In this document: in pieces, positions 13,286 to 25,752 of the stretch | Layout: every line of letters begins with the position of its first letter | Position numbering within the stretch: the first letter of the stretch is position 1 | Source: Octopus bimaculoides | Taxonomy: Eukaryota | DNA: 56,433 bases | Reading direction: 5' to 3' | Assembly (NCBI RefSeq): GCF_001194135.2 | Contig: NC_068986.1 | Span: forward strand, 79,947,521-80,003,953 | Translations under genes and position numbers: made by a program | The notes under the pieces: model-generated | What the model saw: the letters and a program-made list of their open reading frames with translations, nothing else | Database searches by the model: none | Told to the model about the DNA's origin: nothing

Positions 13286-13852
13286 ACACCACTTGACAAC
13301 CGACCTGGTGTGTTTACGTCCGTGTAACTTAGCAGTTCGGCCGAAGAGTCCGATAGAATAAGTACCAGGTTTTAAAAAAAAAACTAATTACTGGATCGAT
13401 ACATCCGACTAAAAATTCCTCGAAGCCTTGCTCCAGCATGGCCGCAGTTTAATGACTGAAACGAGTAAAAGATAAAAAATAAAAGATATTTACTATACTT
13501 CTTGCAGGTATCAAAATCATATCGTCTAGCCCCTACATCTTATTTTACTGTGTTCCTTACTGACTCCATGGTGGTTGTCTTACTTGTTAGTATTGTTGTT
13601 ACTTAACCCCAGACTTCAAAATTATTAGGAAATGTACAGCCCCGAACTAAATGCTTTTCTATATTTATTCCGATTCCTCTTTCTTTTCATTTCCATTTTG
13701 TTTAAGTTCGGGTTTGATTTTCCTCTTATGTAACTTCGATAAGATAAAAAAATTGGATTGTCCGACCATGCCCTCCCTCACAAATCTTATAGTTTCTTGC
13801 TATTATAAAAAAAAATATTACTTGATATATACGTGTATAAATGTATGTTCAT

Positions 13853-13893
<41 letters not shown>

Positions 13894-14745
13894 CGTGGTC
13901 TGACCAATAAGTATCCGGACTGTTGGCATAGTAATAAAGCTTAAAGCACGCAGAGTAAAGCCACTTGGCACACATTGGCCTTGAACTATTCTGTGCATGC
14001 GCACTAAGTTTTAACGTTCTAGCTCACATCCTTTGTTTACAGCAGTGTTTGGAAGTATCGTGTATATCGTGTGATCGTCGCATTGACCATGACAGAATGT
14101 TGAGCAGAGAATCTGGATCAAATTTTGCCAAAAGCTTGGCGATACCTACTCAGAGGCCTACGCAAAGATTTCAAAAAGTTTTCAATGTTCTCGACACAAT
14201 CAAGGAGATCTTGTCCAGCTGAGACCCGAGTGTCTTTTTGGCCAGCTGAAAGCAGTTTGGGCACATGCATCTTATACCCAACCGTAACTAATCAGCACAT
14301 CTTCTGATAACTCATGGATGGTGATTCGACGATTTCCACTCACAGCTGCACGCACATCTGCGACTTTTTTGTCGGTTCTGCTGGTTGCGAGTCTCCCAAA
14401 ATATCTGTCGCTATTGACATTTTTTCGGTCATCTTGGAAACTTCTGAAACACTCGTATACTTGTGTGGGGCTCATACACTCCTCTCCATACACTTTCTGC
14501 AACTTAGCATAGGCCTCTGAGCAGGTATCGCCATGACAACTTTCTCTCTTATGCTCAATGTGACGATAACATGCTACATACGTTTCTTCCAAGCACTCCT
14601 GTAAACAGTGTGAGCTAGAACGTTAAAACTTAGTGCGCATGCACATCAGAATTCAAGATGGTCTATCTGTGTCAAGCGGCTTCACTCTGCGTGCTTTAGC
14701 TTCGTTACTATGGCAACAATCTGTATACTTATTGCTTAGACCTTG
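13894..14745 (-). mobile_element. Rearranged mariner derivative with the 5' end present at both termini in inverted orientation
   Basis: Minus strand encodes GDTCSEAYAKLQKVYGEECMSPTQVYECF...GR..TSRTD...NRRITI.ELS...VPKLLS..QK..RV (mariner N-terminal HTH region). Plus strand 13894-14175 repeats the TIR, 5' UTR and EQRIWIKFCQKLGDTYSEAYAK. Left end follows TA. Confidence 0.88.
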
Positions 14746-14764
14746 CATATATTTATAGAATATA

Positions 14765-14809
<45 letters not shown>

Positions 14810-15192
14810 GTCTATATAAATACATGTGTGTGTATATAGGATCCAAAATGATTGCGCACACATAGGTGCACATATTCACACACACATACACAAACAAACA
14901 TAAATGAAATTTTTCCTTCATATATCTGTATATTCAATGTGATGTTATACAGTGAAACTTGCCATATTTTCGAGTTGAGAGCTCTACTCAGTAATTATAT
15001 CTAGCATGTACGATTCTCTTAAGTAACCATTTAGTGTTCTCTTTTAACTCACAACTGGACCTTTCCTCAATCGCGTGGTGCTCCTTTATTGGGGTTTAAA
15101 ATTTACAAAATATTTAGTAGTTTCAGAAAAAGAGTTTATGCTTTTATGTTTCTTTTCTAAAAACAAGAACATTGAACTGATTAAATACTTAC

Positions 15193-16295
15193 TCTTCTTG
15201 GAGCCAGAACTTGCTTCAGACGCTACACTCTCTTCTTCAACACTCTTCTGTTGAAACGGCACCAAAGCTGGGTTGAGACCATATACCACAGGGGGGCCAA
15301 ATACGGGTAGGTGTGGACGATCTTCACAAAAAATAGGTACAATCAAATTTTCATCATCTTTAATCTCTTCATAATAATCAGGTTGTTTCCCGGCCAGTTT
15401 TCTCTGCATAAGTTCCTCCTCAGTTAATGGCTGAATCGTCATTTCAGGAATGACAATTGTTTTCTTTTCCACAGTTGGTGACGTGTCTCTTTTAGGAACA
15501 GTCTGCAATTTTGATTGATAATTAGGTAAAGGAATATCTAATTCATCTAATTGCACATCACCCCATGGCTTTTTAACCACTTCTTTTAGGTTAACCACAT
15601 TAAATTTGGGTATATTTATATTGGAGCTAAAATCAGCTGGAGCAACGTTTTCTTTGTCTTCTACGGGAAAAGAAACTGGAGAACTCGGTGGCATGGGCGA
15701 CACAGACGGTGATTTAAACGGCTGCGGTTTGGCAGCAATTAAAGGTGGCGGTGGTCGCAAAGGTAGGTGACTAGCGACCTTTGGCTTTGTACCAATTGAT
15801 TTATGTGGCTCTAGGGGACCCATATAGGTATGGTGAACTTTTGTTTCGGTGGTTGTTACATGATTATGTTGATCCTGAGTAATTTGTGTGACATTACTCT
15901 GATGAGTGATTCTCTGCTGTTGAATTAAATTTTGATCGGGATGAACTGCTTGCGGGGTGACGGATCGATTATCGATAGGTTGTTGGATCCCCTGTGACCC
16001 CCCATAAGAATTTTGGTGGATTTGGTTAAATACTTGCGGTTCCTGTTGTTGGTTTGGTCTTCCGGGCATCATAAAGTTGGTGTGCTTTTGTTGAGTGGTT
16101 TTAATGATGTTTTGATGCGTTGTCTTCTTCGTCATAATTGAGCGCTCAGGTTTTTTATTCTGCTGTGTTGGCTCTGCCATCTTAAACGAAGTAGTAACTG
16201 ATTTGTATGACGTCTGAACAGATGGAGGGTTTGCCACGTCAGCAGTAGTGTCTGGTGCGTCTGAACCCCTGGGTAGCTTTTGCAAAGGATCACCC
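15193..16295 (-). CDS. Large internal coding exon (1103 nt): Gln/Thr-rich then Pro-rich low-complexity region of the PDZ protein
   Basis: Lies within the only long non-repetitive ORF in the window (15086-16285). Acceptor attttatatttttaag|G GGT GAT CCT TTG; donor AAG AAG A|gtaagt at 15192. Joined to the PDZ exon it reads ...LEIYR-GDPLQKLPRGS...SSGSKK. The ORF tail after KK (SKYLISSMF...) is intron read-through. Confidence 0.88.
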
Positions 16296-17311
16296 CTTAA
16301 AAATATAAAATCAAAATTTCGTTTAAAATATTTACCAAAAGAGTCTGTAAAAATGGACAGACAAACAGACAGAGCGAAAGATAGACATAGACGAACAGAC
16401 AGATAAGCAGAGAGACAGACGGATAGATAGATAGAGAGAGAAAGAAAGAGCTAGAGAGAGAGAGAGAGAGAGAAAGAGAAAGAAAGAGTCAGACAGACAG
16501 ACAGAAACAGACACATACAGAGTGAATGAGTGAGTGAGTGAGTAGATTGATAGACTGATTGATTGATTGTTACAGTAGTACATTATTTAGAACAGATAGA
16601 AATTTAATGTAGATTAAACAATGAAAATGGCTGGCTTTGATTATTTATATGAAATTAAACTAACAAAATCGAAAACAAAAATCCAAGTTCCACTTAATCA
16701 CATTTTAAAACATGTCACGTCACAGCGGGAATTAAGTAAATTGAAACTCAAATAACGATGAATATTGTACGAGTGCACAAATACATCTTAGAGACATTAT
16801 GTAAATGAGCAGACATTTAGCAAATGTGGCTAGTCTTTTACTTGTTAACAATCATCTGACTGCGGCCATGCTGGAGCACCGCCTTGAAGTGTTTTAGTCG
16901 AACAAATCAACTCCAGGACTTATTTTTAAGCCTAGTACTTATTCTATCGGTCTCTTTGCCGAACCGCTAGTTAACAGGAACGTAAACACGCCAACACTAG
17001 TTGTCAAGCGATTATGGTGGGAGGAGGGGGAACAAACACAGACACAAACACAGACACAAACACACGCACACACATAGATATGTATACGATGGGTTTCTTT
17101 CAGTTTCCGTCTACCAAATCCACTCAAACACTTTGGTTGGCTCGAAGCTATTGCAGAAGGTACTTGCCCAATGAGCCACGCCTGCGCCTATTTTTTCTAA
17201 ACAAAAGCAAATCTGGAACATCACATTAACATCAGCATGAGCAAGCACTGATATTGCTTGCGGCCAACAGTGGATAATGAATACAGGAATTATAAATCCA
17301 TCATAGTACAT

Positions 17312-17533
17312 ACGATGCTGAAAAGTTCCTGGTTTCGGGTAAACTAAAATGCAGGAGACTAAAATACAGGAGTTAATAATAATTTTACTCAATATATTCC
17401 CCTCTCAGATTCGCACACTCATTGCAGCGGTCCTTCAGTTTTTCTAAGTCCTGTAAAAGAACTCAGAAAGTTGGGCCGCCAACCGGGTCTTTCGCGATAC
17501 CCTTAAAGCCAGGAACTTTGCAGTACACCATTA
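17312..17533. mobile_element. Mariner-type MITE, same family
   Basis: gctgaaaagttcctgg ... ccaggaactttgcagtac, with the shared internal motif attcccctctcagattc. Confidence 0.8.
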
Positions 17534-18308
17534 TATATNNNNNNNNNNNNNNNNNNNNNNNNNNNNNNNNNNNNNNNNNNNNNNNNNNNNNNNNNNNNNN
17601 NNNNNNNNNNNNNNNNNNNNNNNNNNNNNNNNNNNNNNNNNNNNNNNNNNNNNNNNNNNNNNNNNNNNNNNNNNNNNNNNNNNNNNNNNNNNNNNNNNNN
17701 NNNNNNNNNNNNNNNNNNNNNNNNNNNNNNNNNNNNNNNNNNNNNNNNNNNNNNNNNNNNNNNNNNNNNNNNNNNNNNNNNNNNNNNNNNNNNNNNNNNN
17801 NNNNNNNNNNNNNNNNNNNNNNNNNNNNNNNNNNNNNNNNNNNNNNNNNNNNNNNNNNNNNNNNNNNNNNNNNNNNNNNNNNNNNNNNNNNNNNNNNNNN
17901 NNNNNNNNNNNNNNNNNNNNNNNNNNNNNNNNNNNNNNNNNNNNNNNNNNNNNNNNNNNNNNNNNNNNAGTAGAAGATACTTGCCAAAGTGCCACTCAGT
18001 GGGACTGAACCCGGAACCATGTGGTTAGGAAGCAAGCTTCTTATTTCCTTATTGCCCACAAGGGGCTAAACACAGAGGGGACAAACAAGGACAGACAAAG
18101 AGATTAAGTCGATTACATTGACCCCAGTGCATAACTGGTACTTAATTTATCGACCCCGAAAGGATGAAAGGCAAAGTCGACCTCGGCGGAATTTGAACTC
18201 AGAACGTAACGGCAGACGAAATACCGCTAAGCATTTCGCTCGGCGCGCTAACGTTTCTGCCAGCTCGCCGCCTTACCACACAGCAACTCCTGCACCTACA
18301 CACACAGA

Positions 18309-18524
18309 GGAGGGGGTGCTGAAAAGTTCCTGGCTTTGGGTACAGGAAAATATAGGAGGATCAGTTTATTATCATTTTATTCAACATATTCTCCACTCAG
18401 ATCCACACACTCATTGCCGCGGTCCTTCAGTTTTCTAAGCCCTGTAAAAGAACTTAGAATGTTGTAACACCAACCAGGTCTTTCGCGACACCCTTAAAGC
18501 CAGGAATTTTACAGCACCCCGTCG
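18309..18524. mobile_element. Mariner-type MITE, same family
   Basis: ggggtgctgaaaagttcctggcttt ... aaagccaggaattttacagcacccc. Confidence 0.85.
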
Positions 18525-18863
18525 TATGATTGATACTGGGATGAATACGTTAAACAATTCAAGATTCATTTCAGTTAAAAATTGTTAGGTTTCCATGTCA
18601 ACCAGCCTGCGTAGGTGATATGATTTGCAGTGACGTGTAGTGATCATTAAAATATCACCTCTACAGGTGCACAGTGTTTTCTCAAGAACACAACACACCT
18701 CCCGGTACGGGAATCGAAACCTCGATATTACGATCATGTATACGACAACCTAACCAGTAGACTACTTGCTTTATACGTGTGTAAGGGTGCGGGTGTGGAG
18801 GCTGTATGACTGCGGTTGTGGGGGCAGATACAAGCACAATGAGACACACGCACACACGCGCGC

Positions 18864-18901
<38 letters not shown>

Positions 18902-19389
18902 AGAGCAGCGTGTTGGAAGAGGTGGGTGGTTTTGTCATACTTTTTTCCTTTTTCGGTGGGAGGCGCTTTTTGGTCGACATTACGAAAAAGCGCACACACA
19001 TACACAGATGTGCATACATACTCACGACCATGCCTGTATACACACACTCATATGTATGTGCATGTGTATGCGCGCGTGCGTGTGTGTATATGCTTGTATG
19101 TAAATGTGTGTGTATGCACGCATGCATGCATATATTGACTTGCGCAATTCACGCTAAATGGGAAACACCACTTCAGATAATGTAATCAATAGCTGTATAG
19201 GAGCCACCATGAAGTTACTATGGAAACTAAAGTGATAATCAAATCAAGGCAAGGAATATCTCACACGTGTTACATCAGGCGTGTGTAATGTAAATGTATT
19301 ACAATGAGCTACTTGGTGATTGGCTGGTGATTGGCTAGTGATTGGTTGGTTTGTTACAATATTACTGTCTGAGATCTTTGTGTAATGAA

Positions 19390-19620
19390 TGTTGTTGTTG
19401 AACCTGTTGTTGTTGGAATTGTTTAGCTCTAGATCAACTCTACTCACGCGGCTCTATGATCAAAGGCTTTCTAGCCTCGACCATCCCGTCTTCTGTTCAA
19501 ATACAGTGTATCTAGGAGTACATAATATCTAGTGTGTTCTTTTCACAGATACTCTTGGATTTGATTTTAGACAGAGTGAAGTTTTTTTTTTTTTTATTCT
19601 ATTTAGTTGAGGCTTGTTAG
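19390..19620 (-). mobile_element. Further dispersed repeat ending in (CAA)n (related pieces at about 5935-6260, 11560-11800, 44745-45055)
   Basis: Shared motif tatgatcaaagg...ccatcccgtc...gtgtatctagga next to a (TTG)n tail. Old and diverged. Confidence 0.5.
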
Positions 19621-20856
19621 TGTTACTATTTAACCTTAGCTTAAGGTGGAGAGCTGGCAGAATTGTTAGCGCGTCGGACAAAATATTTATCAGCATTTCT
19701 TCTGGCTCTTTACGTTCCGATTTCAAATTGCGCCAAGGTCAACTTTGCTCTTTGTTTTAACATCCTTACAGGGTCGATAAAATAAATATCAGTTGGGCAC
19801 TGGACGTTGTAATCGACTAACATCCTCCCCAAACACTGCTGGTTCTGCGCCAAAATTTGAAACAATTATTTAGTCCGAGGTTTACCGTGACCAGGCTGCT
19901 CCATGATAATCAGCATTCCAATTATGGCCATCTCACCTTATTGTCAGACAGTATATTTAGGACTGCATTATGCCCTTCCTATGAGAGTAGGGTACGATTT
20001 GAGGGAAATTTGGCCGAACGTAGCTGTATTTCATCCTTGCTTATACTTAAGGTTGCTTTTGTTTAATCCTTGATCAGTCCTGATAAAGTAGAATTCTAAT
20101 TAAAGGCACTCCAGCCGTAAACATACAACTTTTTTCAGAACGCTCTTGTTATGGGCCATACCTACAGGTGTCAACGTTCATAGACTTCCATACCAAAGTC
20201 TGAAGATACAGTAGCAATTTCCCGTTTCCTTTCGCTGGTTTCTTTGCAGCTTCCTCCATTAGTTCCCTGCTTTCCCAAGCTCATCCTTGTTGCACAGGAT
20301 GACCGGGGACTTTTTCACGAAACGGGACTCTGAAGTTAATGGTGAGCGTGAAACAATTGAACATGAAACCATTGAAACAAGCACAATTAGATTGATCTGT
20401 GGAAAAGGCAGGTTGTTAGCAATTTCAACTTGGGTTATTTATCTGAAAATCAAGGTAAGATAATTTATCCCGATTAGGCTGTGAAAGAGGAAGAGGAGCA
20501 GGAATTATAGCTTCCAGCTCTAACTTACAACACTGAATATGCTATTCTCACAGAATAAAGAATTTGACAAACATATAGATCTAGGAAAGTGATGGGGGTG
20601 ATGTTAAGGCAGCAAAACGAAATGGATAACAAAAGAGAAAGGGCATCTTTTAGTTTTTATCTTGTAATTGCTTCTGTTATTAGACAGCGGCCGCCGTGCA
20701 GGGACACCAGCAGAATTCTATCCGAATGAAAAGAACCCAGTGCTTATTTCTTTTAAGCCTGGTACTTACTCTGTCGGTCTCTTTTACCGGACTTCTAATT
20801 TATGGCGATGTAAACACACCAACACCAGTTACCAAGCGGGGGGGACAAACTCAGAT

Positions 20857-20887
<31 letters not shown>

Positions 20888-21179
20888 AACACACACACAC
20901 ACACACATATCCATACGCAGGGCTTTAGTCGGCCTGGGGCGTTAGTAGAAGACACGTGCCGAAAGTGCCACGCTGTGGGACTGGAACCGGAACTATGAGG
21001 TTGGAAAACAAACTCCTTATAACACACCACGCCTGCACCGATTTGTTTAAGTTAAAAGTGAAATGAGCTGAGAAATGCTGATCTTTAACAGTGAATTGGT
21101 ACTGATATATATGTCGGAAATAGCAGAGAAGCAAATATTCTGCTATAAAGTGAAAAGAAAAATGCAACGATTGTCTCAC

Positions 21180-21331
21180 CTGTATATCTCCAAGACCAGT
21201 GGTTGACCAACAATGGATTCCAACGTGTCCATAACCGACTCATGACTTTTACCGCGAACTGGTACTCCATTTACTTTCAGAAGTGTATCAGCCTCTCTCA
21301 GATGAGTGTGTGCCTTGCTCTTCTTCCGTAC
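21180..21331 (-). CDS. Internal coding exon: C-terminal part of a PDZ domain (VRKKSKAHTHLREADTLLKVNGVPVRGKSHESVMDTLESIVGQPLVLEIY+R)
   Basis: Minus strand acceptor ttcttcattcatttag|GTA and donor TACAG|gtgaga. Length 152 nt = 50 codons + 2, open only in frame 0. The translation fits the PDZ pattern xSxA..L..(G/A)D.LL.VNG..V...(S/T)H..V...L......L.L.(I/V).R. Exit phase 2 matches the entry phase of the 15193-16295 exon. Confidence 0.9.
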
Positions 21332-22364
21332 CTAAATGAATGAAGAAATTACAATGTAATGATGTCGTAACACAATTACGATTTTCTTGTCATGCTTCTC
21401 ATATGATTTAAACACAATTTAAATGTATTTTATGCCATTTGTTTTTATAATCAGTCTTTAGGTTTCATTTGTTTTCATTCATGTGATGAAATAGCAATTA
21501 TAACGTTCACTCACGCCTTATGCAACTGTTGTATGTAAGCTACACCTGGAGATCGAAACTGGATAGCATACCCCCATTTACCTGGAACTTATTACCTAAT
21601 CAGCGACATGTACAATTTGATGACACTGAACGTGTCATACCTGCAGGAACAAAATTTGCTTAGGGGGATGTGAACCCAGCTCCAACCCAAGATTTTCACA
21701 GCATTTTCATTGGCCTCACCAAGAAAAATTTGAGTGGGTGTGCTTGCAACCCCTGCACCCCTGTCTCCGAGCCTATTACTTACATGTATTGTCGACGTCG
21801 GCTTCCACTCGTCAAGGAGACAATGGAAATGTTTCCTTTCCCTTCATTCTCCTTCCAGACCCCTTCTTCTCCTCTCATCCTCCCTCTTCTTATCACATCA
21901 TATGTGATAACCGTGAAGGCCTATTTGGGAGTGGCAAACCCCCACAGATAAAACTGAGTCGTGGTATGTGGTTAGTAATGGGGGTGGGAGTTGTATAACA
22001 ATATTGTTAATGTAAATATTGTTACTGGAAATAATAGCAATACTGCTAATATTGTTAATTCGCTGTTTCTGCATTTTAATATTGTGTTAATTGATGGCGG
22101 CGAGATGGCAGAATCGTTACCGTGCAAGACAAAATGCTTAGCGGCATTTCTTCCGGTTTTACGTTCTGAGTTCAGATTCTGCTGAGGTCAACTTTGCCTT
22201 TCATCCTTTCAGGGTCGATGAATTAAGTACCAGTAGAGCACTGGGGTCGATGTAATTGACTTACTCTCTCCCCTAAAATTGCTGCTGTTGTGCCAAAATT
22301 TGAAGTCATTTTTGCGTAAATTCAACCCCTAAACACAGAATAGCAAGTTGATAGTGAATGCGCA

Positions 22365-22650
22365 TCGTTTGGTGGCTAGGGTATTCGGCTCATGATCGTA
22401 AAGTCGGGAGTTCAATTGCCGGCGACGTGTTGTGTCCTCCAGTCCCCTCAGCTGGCAAAGATGAGTTGTACTTGCATTTAAAAGAGCCAGCCTCGTTACA
22501 TTCTATATATCTTCCTGATAACTCTGTTAAGGTTACGCGTGTCCATGGAGTACTCAGTCACTTGCATGTTTATTTAGAAGCAAGCTGTTCCGTTGATAGG
22601 ATCGACTAAAAACCTCGTCGCCGTAACCGACAGAGTGAACACCAGCTAGT
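22365..22650 (+). mobile_element. tRNA-derived SINE of another family (related heads on the minus strand at about 1225-1320 and 18670-18765)
   Basis: gtttggtggctagggtattcggctcatgatcgtaaagtcgggagttcaattgcc...gtgttgtgtcc is a tRNA-like head with a B-box-like gttcaattg. Confidence 0.6.
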
Positions 22651-22846
22651 TGATATTATTGAGATGTCCCTTAACAACTATGCTTAACCATAACATCTAT
22701 TAAAATTAGTCTTCCCAGTACTTGACTGGTTCTTTATGCTATCGACCCCGAAAAGATAAAAGGCAAAGTTGATTTCGGTGAGATTTGAAACCAAGAACGT
22801 AAAGAGCCAGAAGAAACACTGATATAATGCGATATTACTTCCAGAT

Positions 22847-23066
22847 AAGGCGATGAGCTGGCAGAAACGTTAGCAGGTCAGGCGAAATGCTTGGCAGTAT
22901 TTCGTCTGTCACTACGTTCCGAGTTCAAATTCCGCCGAGGTCGACTTTGCCTTTCATTCTTTCGGGGTCGATAAATTAAGTACCAGTTTCGTACTGGGGT
23001 CGATCTAATCTAATGATCCCTTCCCAAAAAATTTCGGGCCTTGTGCCTAGAGTAGAAAAGGATATT
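22847..23066 (+). mobile_element. SINE family A (~215 bp), best-preserved copy
   Basis: aaggcgatgagctggcagaaacgttagca...gagttcaaattccgccgaggtcgactttgcctttcattctttcggggtcgataaattaagtaccag...ggccttgtgcctagagtagaaaag. Further copies at about 6586-6707(+), 6765-7015(-), 18053-18274(-), 19645-19870(+), 22096-22305(+), 22706-22815(-), 23440-23565(-), 26290-26455(-), 31068-31290(+), 33805-34015(+), 36225-36341(+), 40015-40140(+). Confidence 0.9.
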
Positions 23067-23767
23067 TCTTCCAGTTCTTTACGTTCTGGTTGCAAATCTC
23101 ACTAAAGACAACTTTGCTTTACATCCTTTCAGCATGAGTAATAAAAAAAACTGCTAGTCAAGTATTGGGCTCTATAGCATCGATTAATGGCTCTTCGCTA
23201 ACAACCGTTAGTGTTATGTTGCCACTAGAACCATTATTCTCATGTACTTGTATTATTTTTTTCTCTCTCTCTCTCTAGAGCGTATAGAGCCGGTTTACAC
23301 GTTTTCCATGGCGTATAAATGATCAAGATCACAACAACCGTCCTGGACAGGATGCTGGTCCGTAGCAAGCTCGCAACTTTTGAGAAGGAGTGGGAAGAGC
23401 AATTCTATTCTATTATATCGTCCCAGGAGTTCGATTCGTACTTTACTTTAGCGATCCTGCAAGGTAAAGTTGACTTCGACGGGATTTAAACTCAGATTGT
23501 GAAGAACCAAATAGAATGCCACTCAGCATTTTGTCCGGCGCGCTAACGATTCTACCAGCTCACCATTTTTACATACTTATATAGTTGTCTGTTAGTATTG
23601 TTATATTCTTGTATATTTGTTTCCTGATATTTATATTTTAATGCAGATACGATAGCTTATTACATGTTGCTTATTTTCTACTTTACTTCTTGTGGTTTTG
23701 TTTAACTCTTTGTTCGAATATTTTTATACGTTTGAGTATTTGTGTTTTTTGTGTTTACATATATGAT

Positions 23768-23768
<1 letters not shown>

Positions 23769-23837
<69 letters not shown>

Positions 23838-24185
23838 ATACACTATGTGTGTGTCTGCATGTGCGTGTGTGCATTTGTGAGTGTGTGCATATATGCGAGT
23901 TTGAAGGCATAGATGGATGGCTGCGTAACTGTCACACATGAAGGGTTAACATGCATACCTTCATATGAATATATATATATATATATATATATATANNNNN
24001 NNNNNNNNNNNNNNNNNNNNNNNNNNNNNNNNNNNNNNNNNNNNNNNNNNNNNNNNNNNNNNNNNNNNNNNNNNNNNNNNNNNNNNNNNNNNNNNNNNNN
24101 NNNNNNNNNNNNNNNNNNNNNNNNNNNNNNNNNNNNNNNNNNNNNNNNNNNNNNNNNNNNNNNNNNNNNNNNNNNNNNNNNNNNN

Positions 24186-24224
<39 letters not shown>

Positions 24225-24229
24225 TATAC

Positions 24230-24286
<57 letters not shown>
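23769..24286. repeat. (TG)n, (TA)n and (GATA)n microsatellite cluster around an N gap. Similar tracts at about 655-720, 2167-2205, 2910-3005, 24895-25032, 25410-25525, 25665-25755, 34352-34415, 37335-37420, 54820-54880, 55165-55228
   Basis: Direct inspection. Confidence 0.95.
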
Positions 24287-24887
24287 TGCGTTTTCGTTCG
24301 TAGATTTGCATTGATACATATATATATACCTATGAATATAGTACATATAAACTCGTACGAAATTATGTTAAACCTTATCTACATCCGGATGATTGTGTAT
24401 GTATAGCTAAGCTCATTCAATATATGTTTCCCGGCATCTGTATGCAATTATATTTTCCATATATCTCTTTACTTAGACACGGTTGTGAGTGAATATATGT
24501 TCTAGTACTTAGCTATGTTCATATAAATAGTTGTTCGTTCACTACCACAGCGTAACACCTTCTGTAGCCTCGAACCGATGAAAGCCTTGTGAGTGGATTT
24601 CGTAGACGGAAACTGAGAAAAGCCCGTCGTATATGTGTGTATGTGTGAGTGTGTGCGCGTGTATGTGTGTATGTGTGTGTGCATCTGTGGCCTTGTGTAT
24701 GCATTTGTCACCCCCACCAACGCTTGACAACTGGTGTTGGTATGTTTACGTCCCAATAATCTACTCCTAGGGTCGATTTGTTCGACTAAAAACCCTTCAG
24801 TTTGGTGCTCCAGCATTGCCGCAGTCAAATGACTGAAACAAGCAAAAGATAAAAGACACAAGAACAAATAACGTATATATATTGTAT

Positions 24888-24950
<63 letters not shown>

Positions 24951-25422
24951 CGCGCGCGTATGTGTGTGTTTGCGCGCGTGCGTGTGTGTGTGTGTAGGTA
25001 GGTGTGTGCTTGCGTGTGTGTATGCGTGTGTGTGAACGCAGTGTAATTCAGAAATCACTTTAGCATTTAGACTATCTTTTCCCTTTATCTTTTATTTGTT
25101 TCAGCACTTCGACTACGGCCATGCTGGGGCACCGGCCACGAAGAGTTTAGTCGAACGAATCGACTCCACCACCCTCTAATACTTCTTTCTTCAAGTTTGG
25201 TACTTATTCTATTGGTCTCTTTCGGTGAAATGCTATGTTACGGGATGTAAACAAACCAACGCCGTTTGTGAAGCGGTTGTGATATGGGCCAAACTTATCT
25301 GCAGGTTTGTATTTGCAGATGTGTTCTGCCTATTATTCTTCTTGTTGCATTTGTGTACACGTAAAAGATTCTTTCTACATTTCTAGCAGACAGACAGACA
25401 AACACACAGAGGCAGATAGATC

Positions 25423-25497
<75 letters not shown>

Positions 25498-25661
25498 TGA
25501 TAGATTGATTGACTGATTGATTGATTATGAGAAAACGTAAGATTAACATATCACCTAATTTTGAAATACGCCTGTATAACAATGCGAATGTGCTTTAGTC
25601 TCTATAAACAAGTATTCATACATTTGTGTACTATGTTTATATAATGTGGTTGTGATGTGGG

Positions 25662-25752
<91 letters not shown>

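Noticed and set aside
20160-20330. GC-richer minus-strand segment with open frames and a GT site (AWESRELMEEAAKKPAKGNGKL...MNVDT)
   Set aside because: No good acceptor. It looks more like a decayed LINE 5' region (NVxT resembles the endonuclease start), but that call is too weak to list.
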